From the human T2T-CHM13v2.0 reference genome, Homo sapiens: 64,000 bases of DNA. The notes beneath the pieces are model-generated. The model searched no databases. It was not told the origin of the DNA and was given only the letters and a program-made list of their open reading frames with translations. The DNA lies in the NCBI RefSeq assembly GCF_009914755.1, contig NC_060933.1; one strand, written 5' to 3'. The position numbers were made by a program, and so were the translations under genes. Below, piece by piece: positions 24,116 through 36,275 of the stretch (position 1 is its first letter; the number at the start of each line of letters is the position of its first letter).

Positions 24116-25469
24116 CTGACCAGGGGCACATTAAACTAAATTTTTTACTTTGGGGCTTTTGGTCCAAAGTGGTAGAGTGAATTCCAGCACCAATATGGAC
24201 ATAGGTAGGTTTGTGGTTGGAAATTCTCAAAGGAGACATATTACCATCCCTTTCACACCTGCCTGGCCACTCCACCAAGAATCAAGCTAAAACGGTCCCT
24301 CTGTGGAGCAACTTTTATTTTAGGTCACACATTTTGGGCATCTTAGGGAATTCTTTTTTTTTTTTTTTCTTTGCAATAATTCCTATTGTCACATCTCACT
24401 GTGCTCAAGCCCTGGACTTTGTCTCCTATGCTCTGCCTTCCTGGCCCATTAAAACTAAGAATCTAAGATCTTCACATTTCATCAGGCAATCTGAACTTGT
24501 TTATACTTCTGGAATCATACTTTCTTGTGTTTTTTTTTTCTTCTCCCAGTGTTTTTCATACTTTACCATGCGCTCAGTCATGCTTTGACACAGCTACTTG
24601 ATCTATCTTTGTGTTTCCTGCACTGGGAATGTTTCTCTGCATAAATGCTCTGCCATGTTGTTGCAAACAGATGTCAATAATTCCTCATTTGCATCATTTC
24701 TGAAATTCCCAACTAATCTTTTTTTGATATTCATAAAACCATAAGGTTTTACCTCTACAACTGTCCAACTCTACAAATGAGAGAAGTTATTTCACCTGTC
24801 CTTCCCTCAGCTCCCTTGTCCATAAAGGGAAGAAAAGATGATCCTATTTCACAGCCCATTGTGAGAACTAAATGACCTAATGTCCATACCGGTACACACA
24901 AGGGTCATAATTTTATGACTGAACCTGAGCTAGGATTTTAGAGTAGAAGGAATACTTTGTGTCTGCCCAAGGCCTCTTGGCCAGCTCCCCTCCTCTAGCC
25001 ATCACAGACACACTGGGCAGGACCCACTGCATGGTGGACTCTGACTCATTCACTAGAATGACACTGAGGTTGTTACCAGGGCATATGGAGCTAAGACCTC
25101 AGCAGGCCACTTCTGGCAGAGGCTTTAATTTTCTCAATGGCAATAAAGTGAGGGCATTACAAGGCATTTGGTAAATGTTTATGGTCTTCGCAAGTTTTTT
25201 CCAAAAGTTGTTATGAGATTCAATTTTATCTTATTATCCTTTTTTCCTCTCTATTAAAAAAGCTACAGTTGCACACATTCCTTGTATATCATTGGAACTG
25301 CTAAAGTTTCACTCTCATGTTGTGGCTTGTTCATGCCGAAATGACCGTGCTGTTCTTTTCAAATCAGGACAAACTATTCCCATATCAAGAGCCTTTTTGG
25401 AGTGACTAATGATCACATTGCCTCATCTTGACTTAGTTCAAATATAGACGAATGGTAAGTACATGCAAG

Positions 25470-25765
25470 GGCTTCTCATTCCCTAAGACCCAGCTTAAAA
25501 GTCAACTTCTTTTTGAGAGTTTCCCTGACCTTCCCCTACCACCCCAGTGTCAGTCACTTTCTCCCCTGTGCTTCCTCAGCACTGCATGCCAACATCACCT
25601 TAAAAGATCTTACCACTGGCTTGGTGTCCTGTCACTATTTGTTCACAAGTTATAGGAGATGGTAAGTCTCTCAAGAGGAAAGAGACTATTCCTCCTGGTA
25701 ACTTCAGCACCTAACATAGTACCTGCCATATAGTAGGTGCTCAATAATATTTATTGAATCAATAC
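25470..25765 (+). mobile_element. L2 3' end
   Basis: CAGCACCTAACATAGTACCTGCCATATAGTAGGTGCTCAATAATATTTATTGAAT. Confidence 0.85.
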
Positions 25766-26084
25766 AACAAGAAGCATTTTAAGTTATTTTACATGTGAAT
25801 AATTACATGATATTTACTGTGTGAACAATTACATGATATTTACCACTTAAATGAAACTAAGATTTTTAAAATGTCAAAGCATAATTATCAAATCCTAGTT
25901 AAGGGATGGTCCTTTATAACACGTACATGGAGGGCTTTTAGATATAGTATTTCCTGAACTTCATTTGGTTTTATTTGGGTGGCTAAACCGTGGGGTGTTT
26001 TTTAAAATGAGGAGCTGATATCACAGAGTCTACAAATATAAGAGCTGAGAAGGGGACTTTGAAATTATGCAATTTAACAATCTC

Positions 26085-26430
26085 TTTTTCTTTTCCTTGC
26101 TTTATTTTCTTCAGAGTACATATCATGAATTCAAATGATTAATTTTAATGTTTTCAGGCCCCTTTCTGGCTCACGTGTTAGATTATAACCTCAAGCACTG
26201 CACTCCAGCCTGGGAGATACAGCAAGACCCTCTCTCCAAAAAAAAAAAAGATTATAACCGCCAGTAAAGCTGGACCCTTGCTGTCATGTTCACTGTTATG
26301 TTTCCAACTCCTAAAATAATGCTGGAGGCATAGAAACTTTTTAAGAAATATATATTAGATGGATGACTAGATGAGTGGATGGATAGATGGATGGATGGAT
26401 GGATGGACAGATGATGAATAAATAAATAAA
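26085..26430 (+). mobile_element. L2 3' end with (GGAT)n tail, interrupted by an Alu fragment
   Basis: TAGATTATAACC...TGTTCACTGTTATGTTTCCAACTCCTAAAATAATG...GATGGATGG tail. Confidence 0.7.
26196..26249 (+). mobile_element. Extremely 5'-truncated Alu (~42 bp + polyA) with 16-bp TSD
   Basis: CACTGCACTCCAGCCTGGGAGATACAGCAAGACCCTCTCTCC(A)n flanked by AGATTATAACCTCAAG (26180-26195) and AGATTATAACCGCCAG (26249-26264). Confidence 0.92.
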
Positions 26431-26789
26431 AACATAAATAAATGACATGTGCAGATGTGGAAAAGGGTTTGCAGGACTTAGAAAGTCTTCTGAGGCCCTG
26501 TACAGCAGTTATACTGCAGAACACTACCCTATCCTTACGTGAAATAGTTCAAGTTCCTCAAATTGAATCTCAAATTTCTCTATTTTATTCCTTTTTTGGA
26601 ATTTCTGCTGCCACTACCATATTTCAGGGTACTTGCAATGTGTTTCCATTCCTTAGACATTTTAATAAGATGTCAGTGCAGGATGGTATCAGCCAAGCAT
26701 CTGAGGAGTAAGTGGTCAGGAACAAGATATAGTAGGTACCTTCTGCAGATGTTCCCAACCATAAAGAAAGTAAAGGAGCACTCATCTAC

Positions 26790-27045
26790 CCATTAATTCA
26801 ACAAATATTGAGTGAATACCTACTATGGGCCAAGTAAAAATCCTAGGTACTTGGTTACTTTAGTAAACAAACAAACACAACAATTCCTTTCTTGGTGGAG
26901 CTTAAATTCTGTTGGGTGGAGGTCCGGGGAGCAGGGGAAATAAGTAAAAATAATAAGTACTATGAGTAAATTAGATAGTTCAGCTAGACAGTGATAGACG
27001 AAAAAAATAGAAAAAAATAGAGCAATGCAAAGTGATTGAGGGTTC
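26790..27045 (-). mobile_element. L2 3' end
   Basis: ATTCAACAAATATTGAGTGAATACCTACTATGGGCCAAG...TGGAGCTTAAATTCT. Confidence 0.75.
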
Positions 27046-27399
27046 CGGGAAATACCATAACTTATATTACAGAAACACTGTGATGCCTACAGAGTCAGTT
27101 GCATAATGGGGGCTCCCACACAAACATTTAATATGTTAGTTTCTTTAGGAACTAATTTGAATACCATATTTACCAAAATAAATAAAGCCATGGGTTCTGC
27201 TTCTACTCCTACGAATATCACCTATCCCTTCAACGGTGCTAAAGTAGACTTACTTTTACATATACTTGGCTTTTTCTGTTTCTGCTCATCCAGTTGCCTG
27301 GTCTTTCCCTACTTAGAGATTAATTAGATGAAGAAGGTATGTTTTTGAAAAACTGCCTTTCATTTCAGGTTGGATAAGAACAGCTCGAGACACCGGACC

Positions 27400-27582
27400 A
27401 TCTGGACTGAGATTCAGGAGTCCAGGGGACCCTGGTCCAACTCTATACCCAGCTCTCGTGTGACCTTGTTCAAGTCACTTTGCTTCTTGGGTACCTGGTT
27501 GCCCTATTTGTACTGTAAGGGAGTTAGATAAAATGATTTTGTACACTTTCTGAGTTGCAGCTCAGGTGCTCCAAGATTCTAC
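27400..27582 (+). mobile_element. MIR3-like SINE
   Basis: TGTGACCTTGTTCAAGTCACTT...CTGTAAGGGAGTTAGATAAAATGAT. Confidence 0.6.
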
Positions 27583-27907
27583 AAATTGCATGTGGAGGAG
27601 AATGCAGAGAGGAGATATCTATCCTGAACTCTTGCAGTGACATACCAATTCTTTAAATAATTACAGCTTTAAGCAGAGAAGTGTTCTTGACATTTTTATA
27701 AGCATTCTCACTTTATTATTTTGAAACTTCAGCAAGATTTCTAAGTGGTAATGCAAATAGTCTTTGACTAATACTAGGGAACATTCTTTGAGCTTCCCGC
27801 TAACCATCTATAACTATAATTGTCTCTTCAAAGAAAATTTGCTTCTTAATTACAAGATCATGCACTAAAAAATAAAATGGAATGTAGCATGTGGACTGAG
27901 TAAGAGA

Positions 27908-27997
27908 TGTGTGCGTGGGTGTGTGTGTGTGTGCGTGCGCGCATGTGTGCGCCTGCGCGCATGCTATGGGGTGTGTGTGTGTGTTCATGTGTGTGTC
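27908..27997. repeat. Alternating (TG)n/(CG)n microsatellite
   Basis: GTGTGTGTGTGTGCGTGCGCGCATGTGTGCGCCTGCGCGCATG. Confidence 0.9.
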
Positions 27998-29710
27998 GTA
28001 TTTGTCTAATTTTAAGAAAATTTGTCAGAAGCCATTTAAAATTCTCACCAAGATTATATGACCAGAATTATACTTTAAAAGTTTAATGAAAATTCAGACT
28101 TAAGATAACCTGGCAAGATCAATTTCCAAAAGCTACCTTTGCATTGATGCATTTTCAAAAAACTGCTTTTAGAATTCCAAACTTGCCTCTCCACAGTGGT
28201 TGCTCAAGTGTTTCTTTTCCTAGGAAGGGAATGGGAAGGAGCATGGTGGCCCCTTGAGGAGGGTCACTTTCGGGTAAGGGATATCATCTGGTTTCAGTGT
28301 TTTAGCCATGAGCAAATTAGAGGAAGCCATTGCATCACAAGTACCCCAAAGTGTTTATTGGAAAATGACTGTAGGCAAATTTTGAACATTCTTTTGAAAA
28401 ACAGCCCCTTCATAAAATAAAAGGAGGGTGGCGACTTAAAATGAGCCACTTCCTGTTCCTGGCCTCAATTTCCTCAACTGTAGTGGTAGGGTAGGTGATG
28501 TTATGAGAAACCAGCAGGGCTTAATCTGAATGCTAATAAAATATGGGGGCAACTTCCCACACCAGGAAAATTAAAGTAGACCATGGAGATGAAAGTAGGT
28601 ATCCTGAGGCCAGTAGGATTCATGGTCCAGGGTGAGAAGAGGGATGTCCCCCACCAGGAGGAAAGGATTGACATGCTGAAGACTTAGATACCTGGATGGG
28701 TTCATAGTGAGTGGGGAAGACATTTGCTGCAGCTGTAGAGAATAGCTCCAGCTGCCTTCTGGACAGGTACCACAGGAGAGGAAGTGCTAATGCTAGGTCC
28801 TTCCACCGAAGGGCTGAACTCACTCTTTGGCCCAAGAGACCTACCTACTCTCATTTACTGAGCCCCAACCTCCAGAGCCCCAATAACAGAGAAAAGCCCA
28901 ATTGCAGAAAACTTCTAGATCCCCAACTCACCATTTTCCAAAATCAGGAAGAGACAGACATTGAGACTGGGTGGGAGTTTGGTGGTTGTTGCCTAACTCG
29001 CTTTGCCATTCCTTGAGATTTGGGAAATAAACACTGCATCAGAGTTTCTAGGGTGAGTGAGGACAGTGCGAAGTTAACAGGGATTTCCCTTCCGGGGTCC
29101 CCTTCCATTCATTCCTATTCTGCTAAGGCCTTGCTTAAATAGATCCCATAGGACTGGCTCAGCCTCTGCTGTTCCTCCCTCTTGGTTCTGTCTCCTTAGT
29201 AACAGCAGGGAGGGAAGGCTCTTTTGGTGTCCAGGGCTCCAGGATAGCCAAGGAGCAGAGGCAGGGCTGAGGAATAATACATAGTTCCCCTATGGTGGAT
29301 GGCAGGCTTAGATGCCCACACCCTTCGCTGCAGGTCAAGTTTCTCCATCTCTGCGGGTGGCCTCAGAGCCCCCTCCATGGGGAGCTAGGCATGTTTCCTA
29401 TGTTCACACCAGGAAAGCCTAGCAGTGAATGCTCCAGAACAAGAGGAAGTGGGCTCCGCTAGAGCTACAGTCTTCCGTTTCTGGTCTTTCCTTCAGGTTT
29501 GGGGTGTTGCAACCAGCCTCAAGGCAGGAATATTCATAAAAATACTATCAGTTTTTCCGAGTGGTCCTGGAAAAGGAACCACACTAACTTGACCAGATGA
29601 AGACAACTTCTGGTTTTGGCCTGTGTCAAAGTGGTTTTCCAAATTTCACCTGAAATTTCAGGTTGCCTATTTTCCCAACTTCAAATTTCCTCTTAAAAGA
29701 TAACTTTCCT

Positions 29711-30016
<306 letters not shown>

Positions 30017-31926
30017 CTATGCTTCAGATGACAGACACCCTCCCTATAAGTGGCTGTAAAGCCTATAGCAGCCAGAGATTTGGAATATCTGTTTTGATTA
30101 AATTGAGAATGGGGTAACCCAGCCCAATGAATCATGCTTAAAATGTATTTTATATTAGATCTGCGAAAGTAATTGCATTGTAAATGTCTGTTGAACAATC
30201 TTGTAGCTAGTAATAGGCTTATGTAAGAAATGGTAATTAAGTGAATTGATTTTGTTGCTTCCCAAGTCTTCCCACAGCCTACAAGGTCTTACTTGAGGTA
30301 GCTCACTGATTCCATCTACTAGTGGTCTTCCCTCCCTTGTTCTGCCCAGCCACAGGCTTCTTGCTTTTCCTTCACCATCAGGCAGCATAATCGGGTTTCA
30401 GAGCCCTGTACCTTCACAGCCTGTGAAAGTTCCTCCATATTGCTTTATTTAAAAAGAATTTTTAGCTCCTATGTCATAGTTGGCCATATTTCTCCATAAT
30501 GCTTTATCTTTGAGAGTTTTTCCAACCTAGTCCTGCATGGCCATTCAAATCTCCATGATCACGTGAGTAAAGCCCCCATCCATAGCCTTCCTGGGAGCAA
30601 GACACATACACAGATTTCTCCATTGGATCTTTCTTTGGGTTTAATTATCTGTCAAACAACAGAAACTTAAGGGAACTTGGGAGAGCCTACCCTCAGTCCA
30701 ACATTTAAAATATTATTTCAACGTTCATTCCTGTTTTCGTTATTTCATTTTGTTATTCTCAAAAGAAGATTTCATCTTCTGCATGATCCATTTCTATCTG
30801 TATCTCACAATCATAAAATATTTCTTCAAAACTAAACTACAGTTCTGCCTGTACAGGTTGGTTGAGATTACTTAGGGGATCAATTAATCACACCCTCTCC
30901 CATTTGAGTTCTGAATCCATTAGGAAGGGGCCACTGGCGTCAAACAGGAGACTGAATAACAGTATTATCAATGGAAAAATGGCATTAGGAAAAGTGAGAT
31001 GGGAGACCTACATGAACTTCTACCCCTTTTTCCTAAATTCTAGATCTTGGGACCCACACCTGATGTGAGTTGAGCCTGCCACCTCCCAGCTACCTGGAGC
31101 ACCATAACTGGCCTTGCTGAGTGTATAGAATCCAAGGGGAAAGACTACTCATGAGAAGTATTGTTTATCCCGTCCAAAAGAGAAACGTCCACCAAAGAAG
31201 GCTTTCATTATCTCATCCATCAGAGGCAAAAGCTAGGAAGCACAGCAATACTTTTAAGTGGGAAGAAGTTTCTAAGTTATGGCTGGCAGAGAAAGGAGGG
31301 GAAGCAAGGGATGTTGTCCTGGTTGTTCTGCTCACTTTGTCCTGCTTGAGAAAACCCCTGGCCTCTCATACATTCTCCTTTTACAATATCACTGAGTATA
31401 TGGCCTCCTTCTGTGCCAATTCTAATTTAAACTCTATTCAGTTCCCATGTCTCTTCCTTACATTATCCCTTTTAGGACCATTAAACTATTTTTATCAGCC
31501 CATCCCTAGGTCCTGTCTAAATTTCTTATTTCCTGAGTCAAAGAATCCCAATAAATAACTCCTATGACCAAAATCAACTCTATGAAAATTAGATTTTCCA
31601 GCAATGGAGAAACCACCCCACTATGTCTCATACACAGCTTGTGACCCACTGCAATTCTGAGCTCTTCTTTCTTCTTCAGGAAATAGTTTATTCCTCTCTC
31701 CTGGGTGACTACTCTGTGCTTTCCCTAATGGCCTCCACCTACCCATTTGGCCATCCCCAGGGGTCAAGAACATTCCCAACTGTAACCAGCTTTCCCAGGG
31801 ACTTGCTCTCACACCAGTTTACATCAGAAGACAATTGAGTGAGTATATCTGCCATTTGTGTATTTAAAATGTTAATGAAATTGCTGAGTGCTCCAACTGC
31901 CTCCAGTTCACTTGAGGAAGAAGAAG

Positions 31927-32193
31927 CCCCTGTAACCCCTTTGTTTTGGCCAGTTTCTCCCATTTGGAATGGCTGTATCTACCTAATACCTGTACCCCAT
32001 TGAATCTAGGAAGAAACTAGCTTGCTTTTGATTTTGCAGGCTCATAGGTGGAAGGGACTTGCGTTGTCTCAGATGAGACTCTGGACTGTGGACTTTTGAG
32101 TTAACGCTGAATTAAGACTTTTGGGGACTGCTGGGAAGGCATGATTGGTTTTGAAACGTGAGGACATGAGATTTGGAAGGGTCATGGGTAGAA
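31927..32193 (+). mobile_element. THE1 internal region, 3' end with polypurine tract
   Basis: CCCCTTTGTTTTGGCCAGTTTCTCCCATTTGGAATGG...GAGGACATGAGATTTGGAAGGGTCATGGGTAGAA directly abutting the LTR. Confidence 0.9.
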
Positions 32194-32541
32194 TGATATG
32201 GTTTGGCTGTGTCCCCACCCAAATCTCATCTTGTACTCCCAGAATTCCCATGTGTTGTGGGAGGGACCTGGTGGGAGATAATTTGAATTGTGGTGGCTAT
32301 TTCCCCTATACTGTTCTTGTGGTAGAGAATCAGCCTCATGAGATCTGATGGTTTTATCAGAGGTTTCTGCTTTTGCATCTTCCTCATTTTCTCTTGCCAC
32401 TACCATGTAAGAAGTGCCTTTCACCTCCCGCCAGGATTCTGAGACCTCCATGGCCATATGGAACTGTAAGTTCAATTAAACCTCTTTTTCTTCCCAGTCT
32501 CGGTTATGTCTTTATCAGCAGTGTGAAAACGGACTAATACA
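32194..32541 (+). mobile_element. THE1A LTR (3' LTR)
   Basis: TGATATGGTTTGGCTGTGTCCCCACCCAAATCTCA...GAAAACGGACTAATACA, with TG...CA termini. Confidence 0.93.
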
Positions 32542-33439
32542 GTATCACACATAGAAAGCCTAGGAGATTGTCTTTTAGCTTGACTAGCATGAAGTTTTCC
32601 TTTTGGACATCCATAGGCTTTTATTGGCGGCAATCTTAAAAGCCAAGTTCTATTATCTAGGACAAAAGGGTTTCTCCTAGCATTTAAAAATAAGCGTTTT
32701 GAAAAAAGAAAAATTGATATGACATGAACAACTAAAAGGCCTGGAGCCGAGTGACAGGGCATCCCAATCCTTCCTCTGATCTATTCCAACAGCAAAAAGG
32801 AAGAGCTTAATCAAGATTGGGTGAGGGTGTACCCCATGTTTCTGGGCAGCATGACCCTCAGATCCTGTCTGCTGGCTGTCTATACCTCCCCCAGGCTGCT
32901 GGGATGAAAAGACACCATTTGTCAGAGGACTCTGCATAGTCAGTGAGATAATGTGGTTTAAAACTTGTTCTAATTCCTCGAGAAAGGAGTCCTTGGGCAT
33001 CAACATTTCGGCATAGCTCCAGGCAGACAGCCTAGCTCTGATCTGAGCAAAGGAGTGGTGTGGGCGTGTGGGTATATGTATGTATGTTATATGTGTTTAT
33101 GCATGTGTGTGCTTGTGTATATGTACATGCATGCACACCTGTGTGTACACTCACACTATCCTGCACAATGATTACACTTCTCTAAAGCCCTGCTTGCTGC
33201 CCCAAGACAATGGTGAAGAGAAAGGCTGAGGATGGGAACCATGGGGTACACCTGGCTGAAGGACCCTGGACTCTGCTGGTTTCCATAGCTCCCTCTGCCT
33301 GAGACACTCTGCCTTTCCCTCTTGGCCCAGTGAATGTCTCGTCCTGCCATGCTCTAGTCAACAGACCTTGACCAGGGAAAACATCCTTGGCCTCCAGGAC
33401 TTGGTCAACCCCTCCCCTGTTAAAAACTCCAAAAGCTGT

Positions 33440-33650
33440 TGTGGTTCTCTCCCCTGAGTAAAACTTCCTCCTTCATGGCATTTATTTGGAGTGTGACTTG
33501 ACATTTATTTGGGTGATTGATCACAGTCTACCTCACTCACTAGGCTGAAACCTCTATGAGAGCAGGGGCAATGTCTGTTATTGTTTACTATGTGTCCAGA
33601 CACACAGTGGATACTACAAAAATACTTGTCAAATGAATGAATGAATAGGG
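33440..33650 (+). mobile_element. L2 3' end
   Basis: CTCTATGAGAGCAGGGGCAATGTCTG...AAATACTTGTCAAATGAATGAATGAAT. Confidence 0.75.
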
Positions 33651-33834
33651 AGTGAATTAAGAAACCAATGAACCAATGATTTGCTGACTCAATCAATGAT
33701 CTGCTCTCAGAGCATTTTCTTCACTTACAAAATGGGACCCATAAAGTCTATTCTGTGTCACAGAACACACAGAACAGGCACACAGTTGGAATGGAGCTGC
33801 AGAATGTTAAAATCATTGTCCATTCTACTTAGGA

Positions 33835-33975
33835 AACCTGGAGAATGGAGGCCCTAATTGCAGCTCTGTTCCCCGGAGATTCTGATTTAATTGATGTGGA
33901 GAAAGACCTAAGTGTTGGAACTTTTTGGCAAGTTCCACAGGTGATTCTAAGGTGTAGCCCGGGTTAAGATCCACT
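33835..33975 (+). mobile_element. MER5-family hAT-Charlie fragment (strand uncertain)
   Basis: GAGATTCTGATTTAATTG...CAGGTGATTCTAAGGTGTAGCCCGGGTTAAGATCCACT. Confidence 0.7.
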
Positions 33976-34548
33976 ATGCTTGATACTTAGGGAGCCTCAA
34001 GTTGAGTCGTTCCTGGTCTCTGCCTTTCAGTATCTCCTTGTCTAGTGGGCAGGGGAAGCCTGCAAATGGATAAGGGCTAGAATGAAAGATTGGACTAGCA
34101 GCTATAAGGTTAGAGAAAGAGAAGAAAATGATCTCTGCTTGGGTAGGCTGTTCAGGGATGACTCTACTGGGGCCATGGCATGAGTTCCGTTCTGACATCC
34201 AATTCAGAATTCACCAGGCAAAGCCAGGGAGGCCTTCCAGCCCAGAGAGCAAACAGCAAGTCCAAAGATACAGAGGTGTGAGGGGGAAAACACATTAGGG
34301 ATTTTTCCAAACTACAAACTGAAATTATATAGGCTACAAGAGGGTGTGGAAAATAATACCAGATAAAGCAGCTTCATTTGCATTCTTGCTTGTGAAGAGA
34401 AGCAACTCTGTGGTGAAAAAGAACCTAAAACTCTGTGGTGGAAAAAGGGAACAAACTAATGGCCAACCACATACAAAAAAAATGTGGAAAGTTCCAAAAG
34501 AAAGCCACCAGCAGCTCTGCAAACTCAAGTTGCGGTGGATGGTTTAGG

Positions 34549-34749
34549 CAAGTGTTTCTCTAAGTGTGGTCACCTGAGCAGCCACATTAGCATTACCTGG
34601 GAACTGGTCAGAAATGCACATTCTCAGGCTCCACTCCAGAACTACTAAGTTCTGGAACTTAGGAAACTCTCAGGATGCAGAGAAACCTGTGTTCTAACAC
34701 ACCACCCTCCAGGTGGTTCTGATGCACACTACAGTTTGAGAACTACTAA
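34549..34749 (+). mobile_element. MER5A hAT-Charlie MITE (strand uncertain)
   Basis: AGTGTTTCTCTAAGTGTGGTC...ACCTGGGAACTGGTCAGAAATGCA...CCTCCAGGTGGTTCTGATGCACAC...AGTTTGAGAACTACT. Confidence 0.85.
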
Positions 34750-36069
34750 TTTATGGGTAGTCCCCAGAGGGCTGTAGCTTTAAAGAAAAATAGCATATAA
34801 TTCAGAGGCTGATATAGGAAGGAGCCCTTAGTACAGTTTATTTATTTTCTTTATTGGCAAACAAACATGGGTTTTGAGATAGTCATGAGGCCTTAAATCC
34901 TAAGGAACTTCCCCTTAAGGGAAACTGAGCTCTGCCAGCAAAAGACAGCGCCTCCTGTGGCAGAACAGGTGCTTCTGCCTAATAGTGGAGCAGGAGGTCT
35001 TGCTCAGGGCACCAGAATAAGCGTGGGGTCTTCCCCAGCTACAGCCTGCAAGCCTGCCTATGGGTCTGGAAATCAGGGCAAGGCAAGATTCCCACATACA
35101 AAATTAGATCTTGGAAACAGGTTAGTTATCTTGGACTGACTTAGCACAAAGGAATGTTATCACTGTACAGATCTACACACAGATCTATATGAAACTGAAC
35201 TGAAACCATGCAGTCTTTCAAAGAGAAGGCCACCAGCCAGAGAGAATAGTGGAATTATCAGATGCCTGTGCTATTCCTTGCACAGAAAAATCAGGAAACT
35301 GGGTTTCTGTAGATTGTCTGAAGCCAGCTTCTCCCCTACCATCTGCCATGGCCTACCATCTCCTCCATTCTGGGTACCCAGAGAGTTGTGTCACATCCAT
35401 TATCTCATTTAGTCTTCACAGTGATTCATTAACTTTCAGGGGGCACTTTTAAAGGTGTAGGCTTTTTGCAACCACCTGTCCAAAGGAAGTCACAAAGTCC
35501 TAGAGACGGCAGCCAATTGCAGTATTTTATTTTTCAGAGACAGACGCTAATTACTCTGTGAAATGACTGAATCAGCAAAGTACTATGATGTTGCATGACA
35601 ACTGTGAAAGAAGCATATGATGTTGTGTAAATATTTCTTTCCTTCATCTAGGTCATTAGTTTTTAGTACCTCATCATTTTGCTGCCTTGCTTTCCACATT
35701 GATCCTGCCACTTCTGTGTCATGGGATTTAGAGGTTTCAAACCAAAATCACCCGAGCTGGCTCCAACACTCACCAGTTGGGTAATCTTGGACCCTGGCCT
35801 TCAAAATAGGAAAATTACCCACCAAGATGATTGTGAAAAACTAGGACAGTGAATGGCCCACTCAAAGAGATCAATAAATGTGGTGCTTTTCTCTTCTTCA
35901 AGGTTGTTGCCCAGATTACCTAAGATCATATACGTGAAAGGGACTTTGTGTCTTGTGAATGGCTTACACTGGTGTTGATTGTTATTATTCTTTTACTTTC
36001 CTTTCCTTCTAATTTTTACCTCCAAGCCTTTTTTTAAACCATAGTTTTGGTTTTTATAGGAATTATGCT

Positions 36070-36275
36070 TTAAAAAGACACCTACCAAGTATCACACACC
36101 CAGTGAGGTGTGCCCCATCCATTATCTCATTTAGTCTTCACAGTGATTCATTAATTCTCCCGTTTTTTACAGCGAAGCAAGTGCAACTCTTAAGAGTTGC
36201 CTGTGATTTGAAGACTTTGCTGTTAACTAGTGTCAGGACAAACTTTTGAGCCCAGCTTAGTCTGACACTCCACTT
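36070..36275 (-). mobile_element. MIR SINE (donor of the copy at 35376-35432)
   Basis: CATTATCTCATTTAGTCTTCACA...CCCGTTTTTTACAG...TTTGAGCCCAG...GTCTGACACTCCA. Confidence 0.7.

Noticed and set aside
29648-29663. 16-bp perfect palindrome ACCTGAAATTTCAGGT
   Set aside because: About one 8-bp-arm palindrome is expected by chance in 64 kb.
30559-30566. TCACGTGA (USF/TFE-type E-box)
   Set aside because: Isolated 8-mer with no supporting context.
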